From positions 19,466 through 83,465 of the forward strand of contig CAZPUR010000002.1 of assembly GCA_964589815.1 (NCBI GenBank): a stretch of 64,000 nucleotides of DNA, in the 5' to 3' direction. Each line of letters starts with the position of its first letter. Within the stretch, counting starts at the first letter, position 1. The notes under the pieces were generated by a model. It worked only from the letters and a program-made list of their open reading frames with translations, ran no database searches and was not told the origin of the DNA. The stretch is from an uncultured Pseudomonadales bacterium. Its GTDB lineage: Bacteria > Patescibacteriota > Microgenomatia > UBA1400. Positions 62,034 through 64,000 of this stretch are shown piece after piece. The translations under genes and the position numbers were made by a program.

Positions 62034-62108
62034 AACAATTAATTAATTTTCTTATTTAGCTATTTTACTTCTTTTTTTATATTTTTCAAGATATGATACA
62101 ATATCTTC

Positions 62109-63413
62109 ATGAACTTTAAGCCTCAAATTAAAACTTTAAGCAATGGCCTGCGTTTAATTACCCTTAACTTACCTCAATCTCCATCAGTGACCGCTCTATT
62201 AATGGTTAAAGTTGGCTCCCGTTATGAAAAAGAAAAATTGGCAGGCATTTCCCATTTTTTAGAACATATGGTTTTCAAGGGCACTAAAAAATATCCCACC
62301 TCGTTTGACTTAACCTCAACCGTAGACGCCATTGGCGCCGAATTCAATGCTTTCACCACTAAAGAATACACTGGTTTTTATGTTAAGTCTGCGGTTCAAC
62401 ATCTTGATTTAGCCTTGGACGTTTTGTCCCAGTTGGTGTTTCAACCGCTCCTGCCGGAAAAAGAAATGCAAAAAGAAAAAGGGGTGATTATTGAAGAAAT
62501 CAATATGTATGAGGATAATCCTATGGTTAAAGTAGGCATAGATTTTGAGATACTTTTGTATCCTGATAGCCGTTTGGGCTGCCCGACCATTGGCTATAAA
62601 AAATCAGTTAAAGCCATGAAACGCAGCAACTTTTTAAATTATCTTGGCCAATATTACCGGCCCAAAAATATGATTTTAGGGATTGTGGGAGGAATGAAAA
62701 AAGTGCAAAGTGCAAACCTGCCTGCCGGCAAGGCAGGGTGCAAAGTGCAAAATTTTAATCTGAATAAAGGACCTACGATTGTGGATCGATTATTCGAACT
62801 TCAACCAGTTAAATTTATCCAGCAAAAGCCTGCCTTACAGTTTAAATATAAAAAAACTAACCAAACCCATTTTTGTTTAGGAGTTAGAGCCTTACCCCAC
62901 GGTCATAAAGACCGTTACGTGATGGCGGTTTTATCCACTATTTTAGGCGGCAATATGAGTTCCAGACTATTTATGGAAGTCAGAGAAAAAAGAGGTTTGG
63001 CTTATTATATCAGAAGTTCAATCAACACTTATTTTGATCATGGTTATTTTATGACTCAGGCAGGCACAGATGTTAATAAGGCGGGAGAGGCGATAAAAGT
63101 GATTTTAAATGAACTACGCAATACGCATTACTCCCTACGTTCTAGTGAATTAAAACGAGCCAAGGAATACCTTAAGGGGAAGTTGGCTTTGAGTTTGGAA
63201 GACTCCCAAGAAATTGCCAGTCTTTTGGTGGAAGACTTTTTATTGGAAGATAAAATTAGAACTCCTAAAGAGATTATTGAGGGAATAGAAAAGGTGAGCT
63301 TGAGTGATATTAAAAGAGTTGCCCGACAAATTTTTGTTAATCAAGGCCTGAATTTAGCCATCATCGGACCATATAAAGACGAAACTAGATTTGCAAAGAT
63401 ATTGAAAATATAG
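62109..63413 (+). CDS. M16 family zinc metallopeptidase (catalytic, HxxEH)
   Basis: GISHFLEHMVFKGT; leaderless-type promoter TGaTACAAT ends 6 nt before ATG; in-frame inserts 62701-62752 and about 63111-63140. Confidence 0.88.
   Translation: MNFKPQIKTLSNGLRLITLNLPQSPSVTALLMVKVGSRYEKEKLAGISHFLEHMVFKGTKKYPTSFDLTSTVDAIGAEFNAFTTKEYTGFYVKSAVQHLDLALDVLSQLVFQPLLPEKEMQKEKGVIIEEINMYEDNPMVKVGIDFEILLYPDSRLGCPTIGYKKSVKAMKRSNFLNYLGQYYRPKNMILGIVGGMKKVQSANLPAGKAGCKVQNFNLNKGPTIVDRLFELQPVKFIQQKPALQFKYKKTNQTHFCLGVRALPHGHKDRYVMAVLSTILGGNMSSRLFMEVREKRGLAYYIRSSINTYFDHGYFMTQAGTDVNKAGEAIKVILNELRNTHYSLRSSELKRAKEYLKGKLALSLEDSQEIASLLVEDFLLEDKIRTPKEIIEGIEKVSLSDIKRVARQIFVNQGLNLAIIGPYKDETRFAKILKI
62717..62737. repeat. 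GC-rich palindrome CCTGCCTGCCGGCAAGGCAGG flanked by AAGTGCA words, in frame in the M16 gene
   Basis: Flanks AAGTGCAAAGTGCAAA (62701-62716) and GTGCAAAGTGCAAAA (62738-62752); reads VQSANLPAGKAGCKVQ. Confidence 0.9.
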
Positions 63414-63452
63414 GGAGTATTGCGTATCGCGTAGGGTAAACCCTACACCCTA
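63411..63452. repeat. TAGGGAGTA / TGCGTAT / CCCTACACCCT element, left flank of the four-helix-bundle gene
   Basis: TAGGGAGTATTGCGTATCGCGTAGGGTAAACCCTACACCCTA. Confidence 0.85.
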
Positions 63453-63456
63453 ATTT

Positions 63457-63810
63457 ATGTATAAAAAACTAACCGTTTGGCAGCGTTCGATGCAGTTAAT
63501 CGTTGCCGTTTACCAATTAACTAGCAAGCTTCCTACTTCAGAACAATATGGCTTATCTTCACAAATGAGAAGAGCAGCTATTTCGATTCCTTCTAATATT
63601 GCTGAGGGGTATAGAAGGAAAAGTAGGAAAGACTATCTAAGATTTTTATCTATTGCTAATGGTTCTGCTTCTGAGTTAGAAACCCAGGTAGAGATAATTA
63701 AGGTCTTGCCTAAAATGAAAAACCTTGATACAGTAAAAGTAGAGAATTTACTAAACGAAGTTTTAAAAATGTTAAATGTAATGATTAGAAAATTAGGGAG
63801 TAGGGAGTAG
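63457..63810 (+). CDS. Four-helix-bundle protein (23S rRNA intervening-sequence protein family)
   Basis: LTVWQRSMQL...YGLSSQMRRAAISIPSNIAEGYRRKSRKDYLRFLSIANGSASELETQ. Confidence 0.9.
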   Translation: MYKKLTVWQRSMQLIVAVYQLTSKLPTSEQYGLSSQMRRAAISIPSNIAEGYRRKSRKDYLRFLSIANGSASELETQVEIIKVLPKMKNLDTVKVENLLNEVLKMLNVMIRKLGSRE

Positions 63811-63896
63811 CTTTATAGTGAGTAGGGAGTAATGCGTATTGCGTATTGCGTAGGAAGAGAAACCCTACACCCTACTAACTACTGACTACACCCTAG
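63795..63896. repeat. Same element family, right flank of the four-helix-bundle gene (direct orientation)
   Basis: ...GTAGGGAGTAATGCGTATTGCGTATTGCGTAGGAAGAGAAACCCTACACCCTAC... Confidence 0.85.
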
Positions 63897-63902
63897 AGAA
63901 TT

Positions 63903-64000
63903 ATGGCAAAACTTCAACGTTCAGTCGTTTTAGTCAAACCCGATGCCTTACAAAGAGGCCTGGTGGGTGAAATCATTTCCCGCTTTGAACGTAAAGGCTT
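63903..64000 (+). CDS. ndk: Nucleoside diphosphate kinase, 5' part (runs off the window)
   Basis: [32 protein letters not shown] matches the NDK N-terminus. Confidence 0.85.
   Translation, partial: MAKLQRSVVLVKPDALQRGLVGEIISRFERKG

Noticed and set aside
1-64000. Alternative genetic code (UGA as sense, as in some CPR lineages)
   Set aside because: rho, leuS, argS, argG, argH and PBP1A are all full-length with standard stops, and several genes end in TGA at the expected position.

Overview
Low-GC bacterial chromosomal window (about 37-43% GC in hand-counted 60-nt samples), readable with the standard genetic code. The gene content suggests a small-genome Patescibacteria/CPR-type organism; this is inference. 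That content includes three four-helix-bundle '23S rRNA IVS protein' genes, a split ComEC, DUF2207- and DUF4349-like proteins, O-antigen-ligase-like membrane proteins, and a 2,999-aa membrane-anchored tail-fibre-like surface protein. There is almost no biosynthesis apart from argG/argH. Backbone genes recognised: GH3 NagZ-like, rho, LysM-M23 peptidase, tRNA-Ala(CGC), PBP1A, thermonuclease, dgkA, leuS, yerC-like regulator, comEA, comEC (two genes), T-box-controlled argH-argG, NYN protein, argS, metallophosphoesterase, two M16 peptidases and ndk (partial). Between them lie at least eight islands of orphan small ORFs (46-160 aa), many with their own extended -10 promoters and some apparently leaderless. 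The best candidate for a novel system is the block at 53.7-62.0 kb. It starts with a sharply GC-rich (57-67% in samples) two-gene cassette encoding a CHAP-TM-TM-SLT peptidoglycan hydrolase and a Pro-rich membrane protein. A 95-nt nested hairpin preceded by a Pro-rich leader ORF follows, then a tightly packed ten-gene operon of soluble proteins with no motif I can recognise. A second window-wide peculiarity is a vocabulary of AT-rich word arrays and GC-rich palindromes. These occur in spacers, in RNA leaders and, always in frame, inside essential genes (leuS, argS, argH, M16 peptidase, Wzy-like protein, giant protein). No rRNA, CRISPR array, transposase or recombinase catalytic domain was seen.
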